Origin: Chiloscyllium plagiosum
Lineage: Eukaryota
Direction of reading: 5' to 3'
Assembly: GCF_004010195.1 (NCBI RefSeq)
Contig: NC_057718.1
Location: 61,094,233 to 61,158,232 of the forward strand
DNA length: 64,000 nt
A program made the position numbers and the translations under genes. The notes under the pieces were generated by a model. It was not told the DNA's origin. It saw only the letters and a program-made list of their open reading frames with translations, and did not search any database. This document shows positions 13,201 through 25,480 of this stretch, piece after piece (within the stretch, counting starts at the first letter, position 1; every line of letters starts with the position of its first letter).

Positions 13201-14410
13201 AGGTAGCAAAAGTCAAGTATAGACAGCAGAGAGCGTGCAAATCCTTAGAAGAGTATAAAGGTAGTAGGAACATACTTAAGAGGGAGATCAGGAGGGCAAA
13301 AAGGGAACATGAGATAGCTTTGGCAAATAGGGTTCAGGAGAATCCAAAGGGATTTTATAAATACATTAAGGACAAAAGGGTAACTAGGGAGAGAATATGA
13401 CCCCTCAAACATCAACATAACAGCCTATGTGTGGAATCACAGGAGATGGGGATGATATTAACAAGCATTATGCATTAGTGTTTACTGTGGAGAATCTCAT
13501 GGAAGATACTCAATGTGGGGAAAATGATGGTGACATTTTGAAAAATGTCCAGATTAGAAAAGAGGTGGTGCTGGATGTCTAAAAATGTATGAAAGTGGAT
13601 AAATCCTCAGGAAGTAGAAGACAGAGGGTGGTGGTGGAGGGTTGTTCTTCAGACTGGAGGCCTGTGACCAGTGGAATGCCACAAGGATCAGTGCTGGGTC
13701 CACTACTTTTTGTCATTTATATAAATGATTTGGATGCGAGCATAAGAGATATAGTTGGTAAGTTTGCAGATGACACCAAAATTGGAGTTGTAATGGATAG
13801 CAAAGGAGGTTACCTCAGATTACAACAAGATCTGGACCAGATGGGCCAATGGGCTGAGAAGTGGCAGATGGAGTTTAATTTAGATAAATGTGAGGTACTG
13901 CATTTTAGGAAAGCAAATCTTAGCAAGATTTATCCACTTAATGGTAAAGTTCAGGCAGTGTTGCTGAACAAAGAGACCTTGGAGTGCAGGTTCCTATAGG
14001 GAGCTATAGGGAGAGGCTGAATAGGCTGGGGCTGTTTTCCCTGGAGCATCGGAGGCTGAGGGGTGACCTTGCAGAGGTTTATAAAATCAAGAGGGGCATG
14101 GATAGGATAAATAAAGTGATTTCCCTGGGGTAGGGGAGTGTAGAACTTGAGGGCATAGGTTTAGGGTGAGAGGGGAAAGATATAAAAGTGACCTAAGGTG
14201 CAACGTTTTCACACGGAGGGTGGTAAAGGCTGGTACAATTGCAACATTTAAAATGCTTCTGGATGGGTATATGAATAGGAAGGGTTTGGAGGAATATGGG
14301 CTGGATGCTGGCAGATGGGACTAGATTGGGTTGGGATATCTGATTGGCATGGACAAGTTGGACTGAAGGGTCTGTTTCCATGCTGTACATTTCTTTGACT
14401 CTATGACTCA
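10298..14410 (+). mobile_element. Near-full-length decayed CR1 LINE (5'UTR, ORF1 zinc finger + SGNH esterase, ORF2 APE-RT, tail) with internal deletions
   Basis: ORF1 CSSC...CSKC at ~10915-10990; esterase-like CWFPDARIKDI; APE 'CMYFNARGL...DIIAITETWL'; RT 'PQGSVLGPLLFVIYINDLD...KFADD'; tail 'tgactctatgactc'. Confidence 0.92.
12498..12815 (-). mobile_element. CR1 3' fragment nested antisense in CR1
   Basis: ORF 12474..12812 'TRRHEFKVRGEKLKGD...VVGAWN'. Confidence 0.85.
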
Positions 14411-14419
14411 AATATTGAA

Positions 14420-15150
14420 ATGCAATAAGGCAGAGTGGGCAAAGTTTTGGGAAATAGCAGTAATGTTTGTTTAACTAAATAGAGTTATTTGAAGATATCA
14501 CAAGCAGGATGGATAAAGGAACAAGTACACATAGTATATATGGGTTTCTAAAAGGCATTATCTAAGGTGCTACAAAAAGTTGTTGCATCTAATAAGGGCG
14601 CATTGTGTTGGGACTGATATATGATTGTCTATCTAATAGAAAACAGAATATATATAAGTGGGGCATTTTTAGGTTCACAAGCTCTAACCAGTGGAGTGCC
14701 ACAGCTTTGGATTGGAGGTTTTATCTGTGATCGATATTAGTATCTTGGATGAGGGAACTGACTGTGTTTTAGTAAAATTTGCAACTGATATAAAGGTAGA
14801 TAAAAAGGCAAGTTGTAAGGATGATGCAAAGAATTTGCAAATAGATATAGAGGCTAGGTTAAATTAATGGGAAAAGGTTTGGAAGATGGAGTATGATTTG
14901 GAAAAAATATGTGCTTATACACTTTGGAAGGAAGAATTAAAATTTTTAAATGAAGGGAGTCTGCAAAGTGCTGGAGTAGTGGGGATCGGAATGTCCCCTC
15001 ATGCATGAATTACAAACAAAAACTAACAGGCAGCTTCAGCAAGTAATTAGGTCTTTAGCGCAAGGGAACAAAGTATAAAATTAGGGAAATCTTGCTACAA
15101 CTGTACAGGACATTACACAACCTCACCTAGATTACTATGTAACATTTAGA
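14420..15150 (+). mobile_element. Old CR1 RT fragment
   Basis: SGVPQ, VKFATD, WKMEY motifs, heavily decayed. Confidence 0.7.
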
Positions 15151-15154
15151 TTCC

Positions 15155-17600
15155 TATAGTACAGAAAGAGGCCCTTTGGTCCATCATATCAGTACTGCCA
15201 AAACTATACTAAATCTAAGTTGTCCAGCTCTAAGTTCTTGGCCTTCAAAGTCATGACATTTCAATTGCTCATCCAACTACTTATTTGAAAGTTAAGAGGT
15301 TTTCTGCCTCAACATATTCCCAGGCAGTGCATTCCAGACCACATTACCTTCTGGGTGAAGAGGGTTTTGCTAAAAATCCCTCTAAATGTCCCACCTTCCT
15401 TGTTAAAAATGTGCCCCTTTGTTAATGAGACTTCAACAAAGGGGAAGTTAGAGTCATAGAGATGTACAGCACAGAAACAGACCCTTCGGTCCAAATTGTC
15501 CATTCTGACCAGATATTCTAAATTGATCTAGTCCCATTTGCCAGCATTTTGCAATATCCTTCTAAATCCTTCGTATTCATGTACCCATCCAGATGCCTTT
15601 TTATTGTAATTGCACCAGCCTCCACCACTTCCTCTGGCAGCTCATTCCATACATGCACCACCCTCTGTGAGAAAAACTTCCCCCTTAGGTCCTTTTAAAT
15701 CTTTCCCCTTTCACCTTAAAACTATGCCCTTCAACTCTGAGCTCCCCCACCCCAGGGAAAAGAACTTGTCTTTTTACCCTATCCATGCCCCTCATGAATT
15801 TATAAACCTCTATAAGATCACCGTTCAGTGTCCAACACTACAGGGAAAACAACCCCAGCCTATTCAGCCTCTCCCTATAGCTCAAATCCTCCAACTATGG
15901 CAACATCCTTGTAAATCTTTTCTGAATCCTTTCATGTTTCACAACATCCTTCTGATAAGATGGAGACCAGAATTACAAACAATATTCCAAAAGTGGCCTA
16001 ACCAATGCCCTGTACAGCTGCAACATGACCTCCCAACTCCTGTACTCAATACTCTGGCCTATAAAGGGAAGCATACCAATGCTGCCTTCACTATCCTATC
16101 CAACTGCAACCCCACTGTCAAGGAACTATGAACCTGCACTCCAACATCTCTTTGTTCAGCAACACTCCCCAGGACCTTACCATTAAGTGGATAAGTCCTA
16201 CTCTGATTTGCTTTTCCAAAATGTAGCACCTCCCATTTATCTAAATTAAGCTCCATCTTCCATTCTTCGGTCCATTGGACCATCCAATCAAGATCTTGCT
16301 CTACTCTGAGGTAATCATCTTCACTGTCTAATTTTGGTGTCATCTGCAAACTTATTAACTATACCCCCTCAGTTCACACCCAAATTATTTATCTAAATAA
16401 CGAAAAGCAGTGGACCCAGAACTGGTCCTTGTGGCACATCACTGGTCATAGGCCTCCAGCCTGAAAAGGAACCCTCCACCACCACCACCTCTGTCTTCTA
16501 CCTTTGAAGGCAGTTCTGTATCCAAATGGCTAGTTATGTACTCCAAGTGATCTAACCTTGCTAACCAGTCTACCATGAGGAAGCTTGTTAAACGGCTTAC
16601 TGAAGTCCATATAGATCACATCCACCACTCTGCCCTCATCAATCCTCTTTGTTACTACTTCAAAAAAACTCAATCAAGTTCATGACTCATGATTTCCCAC
16701 ACACAAAGCCACGTTGATGATCTCTAATCAGTCCTTACCTTTCTAAATACATGTAAATCCTGTCCTTCGGGATTCCCTCCAATAACTTGCCCACCACCGA
16801 CGTCAGGTTCACTGGTCTATAGTTTCCTGGCTTGTCCTTACCACCTTTCTAAAATAATGGCACCATATTAGCCAACTTCCAGTCTTCCATCACCCCACCC
16901 TTGATTATCGATGATATAAATGTCTCAGCAAGGGGCCCAGCAATCAATTATTTAGCTTCCCACAGATTTCTATGATACACCTGATCAGGTCATAGCATCA
17001 TAGACATGTGCAGCACAATGTTGCAATTGTACTCAGCTCCACCACTTCCTCTGGCAGCTCATTCCACACACGTACCACCTTCTGCGTGCAAAAAATTGTC
17101 CCTTAGGTCTCTTTTATATCTATCCCCTCTCACACTAAACCTATGCCCTCTGGTTCTGGACTCCCTCACCTCAGGAAAGAGACTTTGTCTATTTATCCTA
17201 TTCATGCCTCTCATGATTTTATAAACTTCCATAAAGCCACCCCTCAGCCTCCGATGCTCCAGGGAGAACAGCCCCAGCCTATTCAATCTCTCCCTGTAGC
17301 TCAAATCCTCCAACCCTGGCAACATCCTTGTAAATCTTTTCTGAACCCTTTCAGGTTTCACAACATTGCACGCAGTATTCCAAAATTTGCCTAACCAATG
17401 TCCTGTATAGCCGCAAAATGACCTCCCAACTCCTGTACACAGTACTCTGACCAATAAAGCATACCAAATGCCTTCTTCACTAGCCTATCTACCTGTGTCT
17501 CTACTTTCATGTCCTGCAACCACCTCCCAATAATGGCTTCTAACATTTTCCCTTATGCCAGATGTTATGCTAATTGGCCTGTAGTTGTGTGTTGCCTATC
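15155..17600 (-). mobile_element. Three stacked antisense CR1 3' fragments (~15155-15445, ~15449-16990, ~16990-17510)
   Basis: Three separate 3' ends; RT motifs KFADD and 'RLNRLGLFSLEHRRLRG'. Confidence 0.85.
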
Positions 17601-18185
17601 TCCCTCATGGCTAATGTTTCATTAGAGTACAGACTGACGAATTTTATCACTGGAATAGAACTTTCAGCTAGCAGAATTTGTGTCAGCATTATTTGTCGTC
17701 TTTATCCCATTTTTCTATTTTATTATTTTAAGTCATCGTATTCTGTATGTTTATGGTAAAATTTTAAGTTACCTGTCTTTATGAAGAATATGAAGGCAAT
17801 AATATGGAATGTTCAATATTTGCATTGTAACACATTATTTTTATTTTGAGGAACATGTACATTTTCAAGAAATGATTTTGTTTTGATCTTGTACAAATTT
17901 GTTATTGTAGATCCTTATGCCAGTTGTTTGTAAGAAACCCACACTGCTATTTAAAGCAGACCAAATGGCATTGCAAATCAAAGCAGCTTTTGAGAAAATG
18001 TTTTGACACTCTGCTGCTTTTTGACACTATGCATATCAGAATTCCAGTGCTTCCTTTGGCATGACTCTTCCAAATGATGGGTAAAGGTGCCCAAAATCAG
18101 TAAGATGGCATCCCCTTTTGCCATATCAGAACCAGAGCCAACTCAGTGGGTTTGTGCTGAATACTTTGACATCTATCTTTTCAGG

Positions 18186-18722
18186 GAGGAAAACGTGAGG
18201 ACTGCAGATGCTGGAGATCAGAGCTTCAAAATGTGTTGCTGGAAAAGCGCAGCAGGTCAGGCAGCATCAAAGGAACAGGAGAATCAACGGTTTGGACATA
18301 AGCCCTTCTTCAGGAATGAGGAGGGTGTGCCAAGCAGGCTAAGATAAAAGGTAGGGAGGATGGACTTGGGGGAAGGGTGTTGGGAATACGATAGGTGGAA
18401 GAAGGTTAAGGTGAGGGTGATAGACCAGAGAGGGGGTGGGGTCGTAGAGGTCGGGAAGAAGATAGCAGGTCAAGAAGGCGGTGCTGAGTCTGAGGGTTGG
18501 GACTGGGAAAAGGTGGGGGTAGGGGAAATGAGAAAGCTGGAGAAATCTGCATTCATCCCTTGTGGTTGGAGGGTTCCTAGGCGGAAGATGAGGTGCTCTT
18601 CCTTCAGGCATCGTGTTGCCATGGTCTGGCAATGGAGGAAGCCAAGGACCTGCGGAGTGGGAGGGGGGAGTTAAAGTGTTCAGCCACAGGGCGGTTGGGT
18701 CGGTTGGTGCGGGTGTCCCAGA
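18186..18722 (-). mobile_element. PLE family 1 3' fragment (GIY-YIG C-terminus + 3' repeat, decayed hammerhead)
   Basis: Minus frames give PVAEHFNSPSHS and HLIFRLGTLQPQGMNADFSSF; matches the end of the 50494-52683 element. Confidence 0.9.
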
Positions 18723-18849
18723 GGAAGCTGGAATGAAGAACATTCTAAACATCCTAATCATGCTGTGGGAGTCCTTACTGATGGTCCCCCCAGGACTTGT
18801 AAACAGGTAAACGCAGGCTATTTGTCTAATATGTACCCTGAGCATTACA

Positions 18850-19215
18850 CAGATGGTGATGTAACAGTAACATCACTGAACCAGTCATCCAGAAACCCTG
18901 GTTAATACCCTGGGGTCAAGGTCCAAATCCTGTCTTGGTAGCAGTTATTGAATTTTAATTCAATAAAATCTGGAATTGAACGGAAGCCTCAGTAATGATG
19001 ACCATTAAACTACCATTTATTATGTAGCCCAACTGGCTAATCAGTGGCCAAGATATCCACTGACATTAGCTACTAGCCTCCATGTGACTCAATGTAGTTA
19101 ATAATTAACTGTCCGCTAAAATGACCAAGCAAAAAATTCAGTTCAAGGGCAATTAGGGCAAAAAATGCTGGTCTTGCAAATGAAGCCCATATCCCATGAA
19201 GGAATTAAATATAAA
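18850..19215 (+). mobile_element. tRNA-headed SINE (LINE-B derivative), old copy
   Basis: B-box-like 'ggtccaaatcc'; junction 'cagtt|caagggcaattaggg' to the LINE-B tail. Confidence 0.7.
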
Positions 19216-19589
19216 TTATTTAAAGCTGATTCTATCAGGCACTAAACCTGCTCAGGAGCACAACTGTAAGGAAATAAAATGGAGCATTGAAACACCCCAC
19301 AAATACAGCAGCCCCAACATTGTTCACCACCATGCCATCCAACGTAGGGCAACTCCCAAAGGAATTGCCACGTACCCTCCTCACTATTTCATCAGAGTTG
19401 TGGGAAAACGGCATTCCCACTTTTTTGCGCGTTCCCCCCGTAACTGCAATATGGCATGGGCAACATAATCTTCAGGTCAAGTGGCTTGTTAACAAGCACA
19501 AGTCAATAAGTTTTTTTAAATGGCAGATCGGCCACCAATTTCAACGACTGCATGAAAACGACATTATGGGAAACTATGCTATTGATGTT

Positions 19590-21090
19590 GGGTCTGTGAC
19601 ATGGAAATCATGTTTAACTAACTTACGGCAGTCCTTTGAGGAGATGACAGAAAGACTAAATGGAGTTTACAAGGACTTTCAGAAGGCTCTTGATAGAATT
19701 CCACACAATAGACTTATGAAGAAAGTTTAGGCCATGGTAATAAAAGGGATAGTATCAGCTGTGGCTTTAAGAGGTGTATTTTGTCCTGGTTTCTTTTAAG
19801 AGAGAGATTGAACAAGAAATGACAATCAGTCTGTAGTAATATAAACAACTTGAGAGGCCATGGGTTTTTTTAAATGTTGGAACAATAGAAGCAACCCACA
19901 TGGCTGTCACCAGCTCTCAGAGACCAAGATTTCTAGTTTTCTTCTGTAGATTTTAGGTTTAGGTTTAAGCAGTTACTGTTGGAGTCTCAAGGGGGTTGGA
20001 AGCTGCAGTAAACATCCTCCTGGCTGCTACAGAGTTTTCACTTGAAATATTTTGTCTCTCTCTGCTGCTGAATTGCATCAGACACAATCTATTTCTGACT
20101 TTGTCTTTTTGCCCTTAGGTGTGTTTATGAGATATTACCATACTGGAATACTTAATTAGAAATAGTTACTGTATCTATTATTCTGTTAAGTTTTCTAATG
20201 GAGTTAAGTTATTCTAAGTTCTTCTTTCTTTTGTTGTATTTTCACAAAAGTATTTGAATAAATTGTATTTTGCTTAATTTCGAGCAGTTTGACCAGTCGA
20301 ATTACACCTGGAATACAGCCCTTTACATTTGCCTTTGAAATAAGAAAACATTGGCATCTCTGCTACCTTCTTAAAATATTTTGAGGGAGTCTGGTTTGGT
20401 CCGCAACAGTGTATATGCGTACAAATCATTGGAAGTGGCAGGTAAGGAAGAGAGAATAGTGAGTAAAGCACACAGAATCTTCAGCTTCATTTACAGAGGC
20501 AGAAAGTACAAAAGCAAGGAGGTGATGGTAAAATTGTGTCAGGATCTTGTTCGACCTCAACTGGAGTATTGTGTACAGTTGTGGAAAGCATATTATAGGA
20601 AGGATGTGAGGGAGTAAAGAACTGATTTATAAGAATGATTCCAGGGATGAGGAGCTTTAATGAGAAGGATAAACTGAAGCAGCTGGCACTGTTCCCCTTG
20701 GAAAGAGAAGGCAGAAGAAGAGACTTGACAGAAGTTTTCAAAATTGTGAGCAGGCTACCTAGAGTAGATAAGGACAAACTATTCCTACTCATAAAAGGAA
20801 CAACAAGAAGAGGGATTCAATTTAAAGTGATGTGTAAAAGAAACAAGGGCGTGAGGAAAATCTTTTTTGCCTAATAAGTAGTTAGGGTATGAAATGCACT
20901 GCTCGGAAGTATGGTGGAAGCAGGTTTAATTGAGGCATTCAAAAGGACAATGGATGACTATCTGGATAAAAATAATATGCAAGTTTTGAGGGAAAAAGCA
21001 GGAGAATGACACGAGGTAATGATGGCTCGTTTAATGAGTCAGTGCAAGCATGATGGGCCGAATGATCTCCTTCTGCACATTTATGATTCT
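19590..21090 (+). mobile_element. CR1 RT-to-3' fragment interrupted by a solo LTR
   Basis: 'KSCLTNL...DFQKALDRIPHNRL' and 'LVRPQLEYCVQLW'; CR1 tail at ~21050-21090. Confidence 0.85.
19760..20408 (+). mobile_element. Probable solo LTR of an LTR retrotransposon
   Basis: TG...CA termini, AATAAA at 20257-20262, non-coding, interrupts CR1; no TSD seen (host CR1 is deleted at the site). Confidence 0.55.
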
Positions 21091-22961
21091 GGGTTAGCAG
21101 CCCAGTATCATCACAATGGATTTACTCTAATGCAGGAAAACAGTCCTGACTTCCATATGTTAAGTCTTGGGATTTGTCTTGTTACATTGAGAGTTGAATT
21201 GCAGCAATTTATCCTCGCCAATGGTCTTAGATAAATTGTGAAGACATTAGCCAGTCACTAAACAACATGGGCAATGGTGATGCCTAAAAATGAGGCTCCC
21301 TACATAAAGAAAAGCATGTAGAATTCTGCAATGAAGATAGAACTTCGATGTGATAATTCCCAACATGAAAGTCTAAGTGATTATCTGGTGACTCCAGCTC
21401 GCTGCTTGCACCTCCAGTGCTCTGTCTGGGACCGAAGTGCCCAACATCTCAGAGCATGTTCCATGCACAACGACTGCCTGCACAGACACTGGCATTGAAC
21501 ATGCATTACATCCTCATGGCACATTTCTGATCCCTAACAATAAAGTCATCCACATCAAGGCTGCATTTTGGAGCATAGCAGCACCTCTGATTGTGATGCT
21601 ACTGCCAGGACACTTCATATGTAGGGACAAGCCCCCATCACATGAATTGGAGTAGGGTGCTCTTCAGAGCTTCTTACTTGTTCTCATTGTACGCATTCAC
21701 TTCATGCCCATTTGCATGGTCACAGAATTTCTGCCTTGCCCTTTTCCACTCTGCCAACTCATTCAGAACTTAAAGGCTCACCTATGCCTACATTGTCTTG
21801 TCATTTAGCACAGACACAAAGCCTGGTAGCTTGGCATGATTATCAGCAGTGACCAGTCAAGGAAGCGGTCATGTTGCTGTACAGTATGGTGCTATGTCAT
21901 TATCACAGTACTGCTGTTACTCAGAGTCTCACCACAGTCAGGCTAGGGCAGTATCCTAGCTCAGTTCAGGAGCTTGGACACAGTCAGTGAGCTGCTTGGG
22001 ACTGTCAAGATCCCTATTATTACAGTCCAGGGAGTAGGCCATGATCATTCCTGGAGATCTGCTCAATGTAAGTCAAGGTGGGTTAGCAGGCACCACTGCA
22101 GTGGTCGGAAGCTGGCCAGTCAATTTTAGGGATTGGAGGCAGGATGCTGGTATGCCAAAGGGACAATAATTGTGACAAGAGAAACTCTACCTGTATGTAT
22201 GGAAATGGCAATGCATTGCAGGTCATGGGATACTGTGGGCAAGTGGGGGGTAAGGGAAGATTCATCAATGCTCCCAACCACCTGTCTTCAACATGGGGAC
22301 AGAGTTGCACTGATGGCAGGGAGTGCCAACAAGAATGTTCAGTTGCTGATCCCTTGATGATCAGGCTGAGCCAACAAGTCACTGGTCCAAAAACAGCCTG
22401 TGTTGTCTCCCATCCTTCAGTGAATTATATATGTGTACTGGAAATGGAATTAAGTGCAATCACACCCAGAATGGGTCAAGTAAACCTCTCTCTTTCTGTC
22501 TGAGCAGACTGGTTCTACTTGTGAGCAATGTCACCTGTCAAGTGGCAATGGCATTAGTCAGGCACTTTCACAATGCAGTATGAAGTCATCTGTAATCATA
22601 GCACCCTCTGTGTGAAACATATGCAATGTCCAGCTGCTTGGGATACTAATCCTGGTTACAAGCAACTTTGACCACTTTGTTGATCATCACTGATTGTCCA
22701 TAGCCATCTCTGAGAAACAGAAATAATCACAAGTGACTCTAAACGTGGTGTCAGTAGGCTACAATTCACAAAGACAATCTAGGGTCTCGTAGGCAGCACA
22801 ACAGCACAGATTTGACTTCCTCTTGAATTGCAAGCATTTGCCAATGCACTCTTAAATGCTATGCTGCCTTTCTTGGTTCATGAGTGGGTGGACAAAATAT
22901 CACTAATTTTACCACACTGTCAATTTCACTTTGAATTTGTGTGGTATAGATATTTGGTTTG

Positions 22962-23450
22962 AATTCATTCACAGGATGTGGGTGCTACTGGCCAAGCCGG
23001 CATTTATTATCCATCCCTAACTGCCCAGAGGGCAGTTAACAGTCAACTACATTGCTATGGGACTGGAGTCACGTGTAGGCCTGAACAAGTGAGGGAGACA
23101 GTTTCCTTCCTAAAGATCATTAGTGAACCAGATGGGCTTTTCCAACAATTGACAATGGTTTCATGGTCATCATTAGATTACAAATTCCAGATATATATTG
23201 ATTTCAAATTCCACCATCTGCCATGGTAGGCTTTGAACCCAGTTCGCTAGAACATTGCCAGTGTCTCTGGGTTAATAGTCCAGCTCCATTCCTGATAAAG
23301 GGCTTTTGCCCAAAACGTCGATTTTCCTGCTCCTCAGATGCTGCCTGACCTGCTGTGCTTTTCCAGCACCACTCTAATCTAAACTCTGGTTTCCAGCATC
23401 TGCAGTCCTCACTTTTGTCCAGTGATAATACCACTAGGCTATCACTTCTT
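22962..23450 (-). mobile_element. tRNA-headed SINE (LINE-B derivative) with a PLE insert
   Basis: A box TAGCCTAGTGG (23431-23441), B box GGTTCAAAGCC (23229-23239), LINE-B tail at the left end. Confidence 0.85.
23284..23416 (+). mobile_element. PLE family 1 terminal fragment, mutated hammerhead
   Basis: ctgataa-agggc-tttt-gccc-aaaacgtc; gtccag duplicated at 23278-23283 and 23417-23422. Confidence 0.85.
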
Positions 23451-24829
23451 GCGTATACATATGCATACATTGGAATAAAATCTCCAATGTCAAAGGTCTA
23501 TTTGGACTGTCACAGACCATCATGTTCCATCCTATGGGGGACTATGCTAAACTGTACTTCATGTGTTATGTGAGTGCTGACTGCTCATATTCTTAAGGAT
23601 CTACTCTTTTTTCTACCTAGACTGATTGGAACAGTGGCCAATTGATCTAGCCACAGCAGGGGTTATCGTTTGGTCAACAGCAAATTGTTTCTGTATGCTC
23701 CCAGAAGCAAATCCAATTTTCTTTTTTGCATTTTTTTTCCTTTTGCTTTTGCTATTGTTGAATAGAAAGGAATGCTTTTAACCACTTGCTGGCTTTGCCT
23801 CACATGAGGCTCCCACACTGAACCTAAGCAGATGCTATCCTATTCTGGACATTAGGGAAACAGTAACACTCCTTTTGAACAATTTCCACAATGGCATGAC
23901 ATCAAGGACAGCTAACCTGTGTGGTTTTATTCTTGTCACTGCAGTTACAGTAACAGTCAGACAGGTGATGATGTAAAATAATAATACATTTACAAATATG
24001 AACTTGTAATTGGAATGGAGTGCCACCTGTGCCACCTATGTACCCTCAGAAGCATTTTTTTCTGTTCCTTTCCCAGCACGTGCACTGTGAGGGGCATTTC
24101 CTGGCAGATAGAGCTTGACTTGGCACATAGCCGAGCTTTAAAAGTAGCTCAGGGAAGCCTTTGAGGTGCTGGCAGTGGTGAGTACCTTCACTCGTGCCAA
24201 ACAGGGTTCCATTGAGGCATGGGGCATATGTAATGAGGTAGGTTGAAGAGAATTGTGTGAGAAAACTCACAGAGTTCACAGAGAGAAATCCAGTATAAAA
24301 CTCCCTGAAATTGACCCTTGACGATTTGGTAAAAGTAAGCCCATTGTTTCAACAACTATACAATTTATTTGGATTAGGTTAAAGGTGGTCTTCATGAAGC
24401 AATGGCAGCATGATGTACAACGCTCAGAGGCTATTTGGCTCTTTCATCAACTCTTCTTCCCCCCACCCTCCTCAGTCAAAACCAATTTACTATCTTGGTT
24501 TACAAAGAAACATAATAATTTGATAGCTGGAATAGACCATTCAGCCCTTTAAGGTTTCTCTGCCATTCCATAAAATCATGACAGATCTCATTGTAGTATC
24601 AACTCAATGTTTCGTCTGCTCCCTGTTAGCCTTAACTCCCTTGTCTTGTCAAAAATTTATCCAGCTTAGTTTTGATTAAATTCAATGATCTAGCCTTCAT
24701 TGTTTTCTGGAGAACAGAATTCTACACACTATCAAACTTTTGAGAGAGAAAGAAAATGTTCCTTATGTCCCTCTTAAAAGGAAACCTCTTAACCTTACAC
24801 AACATCCCCTGGTTCTAAAATCACTAAAT

Positions 24830-25480
24830 AAGAACCACAGACTGCCTATCGTGCAAAAGTAGGTCATTCAGCCATTTGAGTCCGCACTGACCCTCCAAAG
24901 AGTATCTCACTCAGACAGACTCCCCCACCCTATATCCACAACTCTGCACTTCCCATGGCTAAATCAAGATTAGAGTGGTGCTGGAAAAGCACAGCAGGTC
25001 AGGCAGCATCCAAGGAGCATGAAAATCAACATTTCAGGCAAAAGCCCTTCATCAGGAATGAGACAGGGAGCCTCCGGGGTGAAGAGATAAATAGGAGGGG
25101 GCTCTCTCTCCACACTGGAGGCTCCCTGCCTCATTTTTGATGAAGGGCTTTTGCCCAAAACATTGATTTTCCTGCTCCTTGGATGCTGCCTGACCTGCTG
25201 TGCTTTTCCAGCACCACTCTAATCTTGACTCTGATCTCCAGCATCTGCAGTCCTCACTTTCACCCAGTTGACTTCCCTTGATTAATCCACCTCACCTACA
25301 GGAAATTTAGCATGGCCGATCCACCTGCACTTCTTTGGACTGCAGGAGGAAACCAGAGCACCCTAAGGAAACCCATGAAGATACAGAGAGAATGTGCAAA
25401 CCCCACACAGGCAGCTACCCAAGGTTGGAATTGAACCTGGGTCCCTGACGCTATGCTAACCACTGAGACACTGTACCAAT
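24830..25480 (-). mobile_element. HE1-type V-SINE interrupted by a fold-back PLE
   Basis: 'ttggactgcaggaggaaaccagagcacc...ggaattgaacctgggtccctg' matches the HE1 copies at 49536 and 60640. Confidence 0.8.
24966..25268. mobile_element. Fold-back PLE family 1 insert (two inverted terminal repeats)
   Basis: ~24966-25088 is the reverse complement of ~25105-25227; both arms carry decayed hammerheads. Confidence 0.85.

Noticed and set aside
21230..22900. Possible decayed Harbinger-type DNA transposon (similar texture at 45600-46960)
   Set aside because: No TIRs or transposase motifs could be read; left unclassified.
24077..24177. Plus-strand exon-like segment (tttcccag|...|gtgagt)
   Set aside because: Good splice signals, but 101 nt with stops in all three frames and no partner exon; cannot be supported without RNA data.
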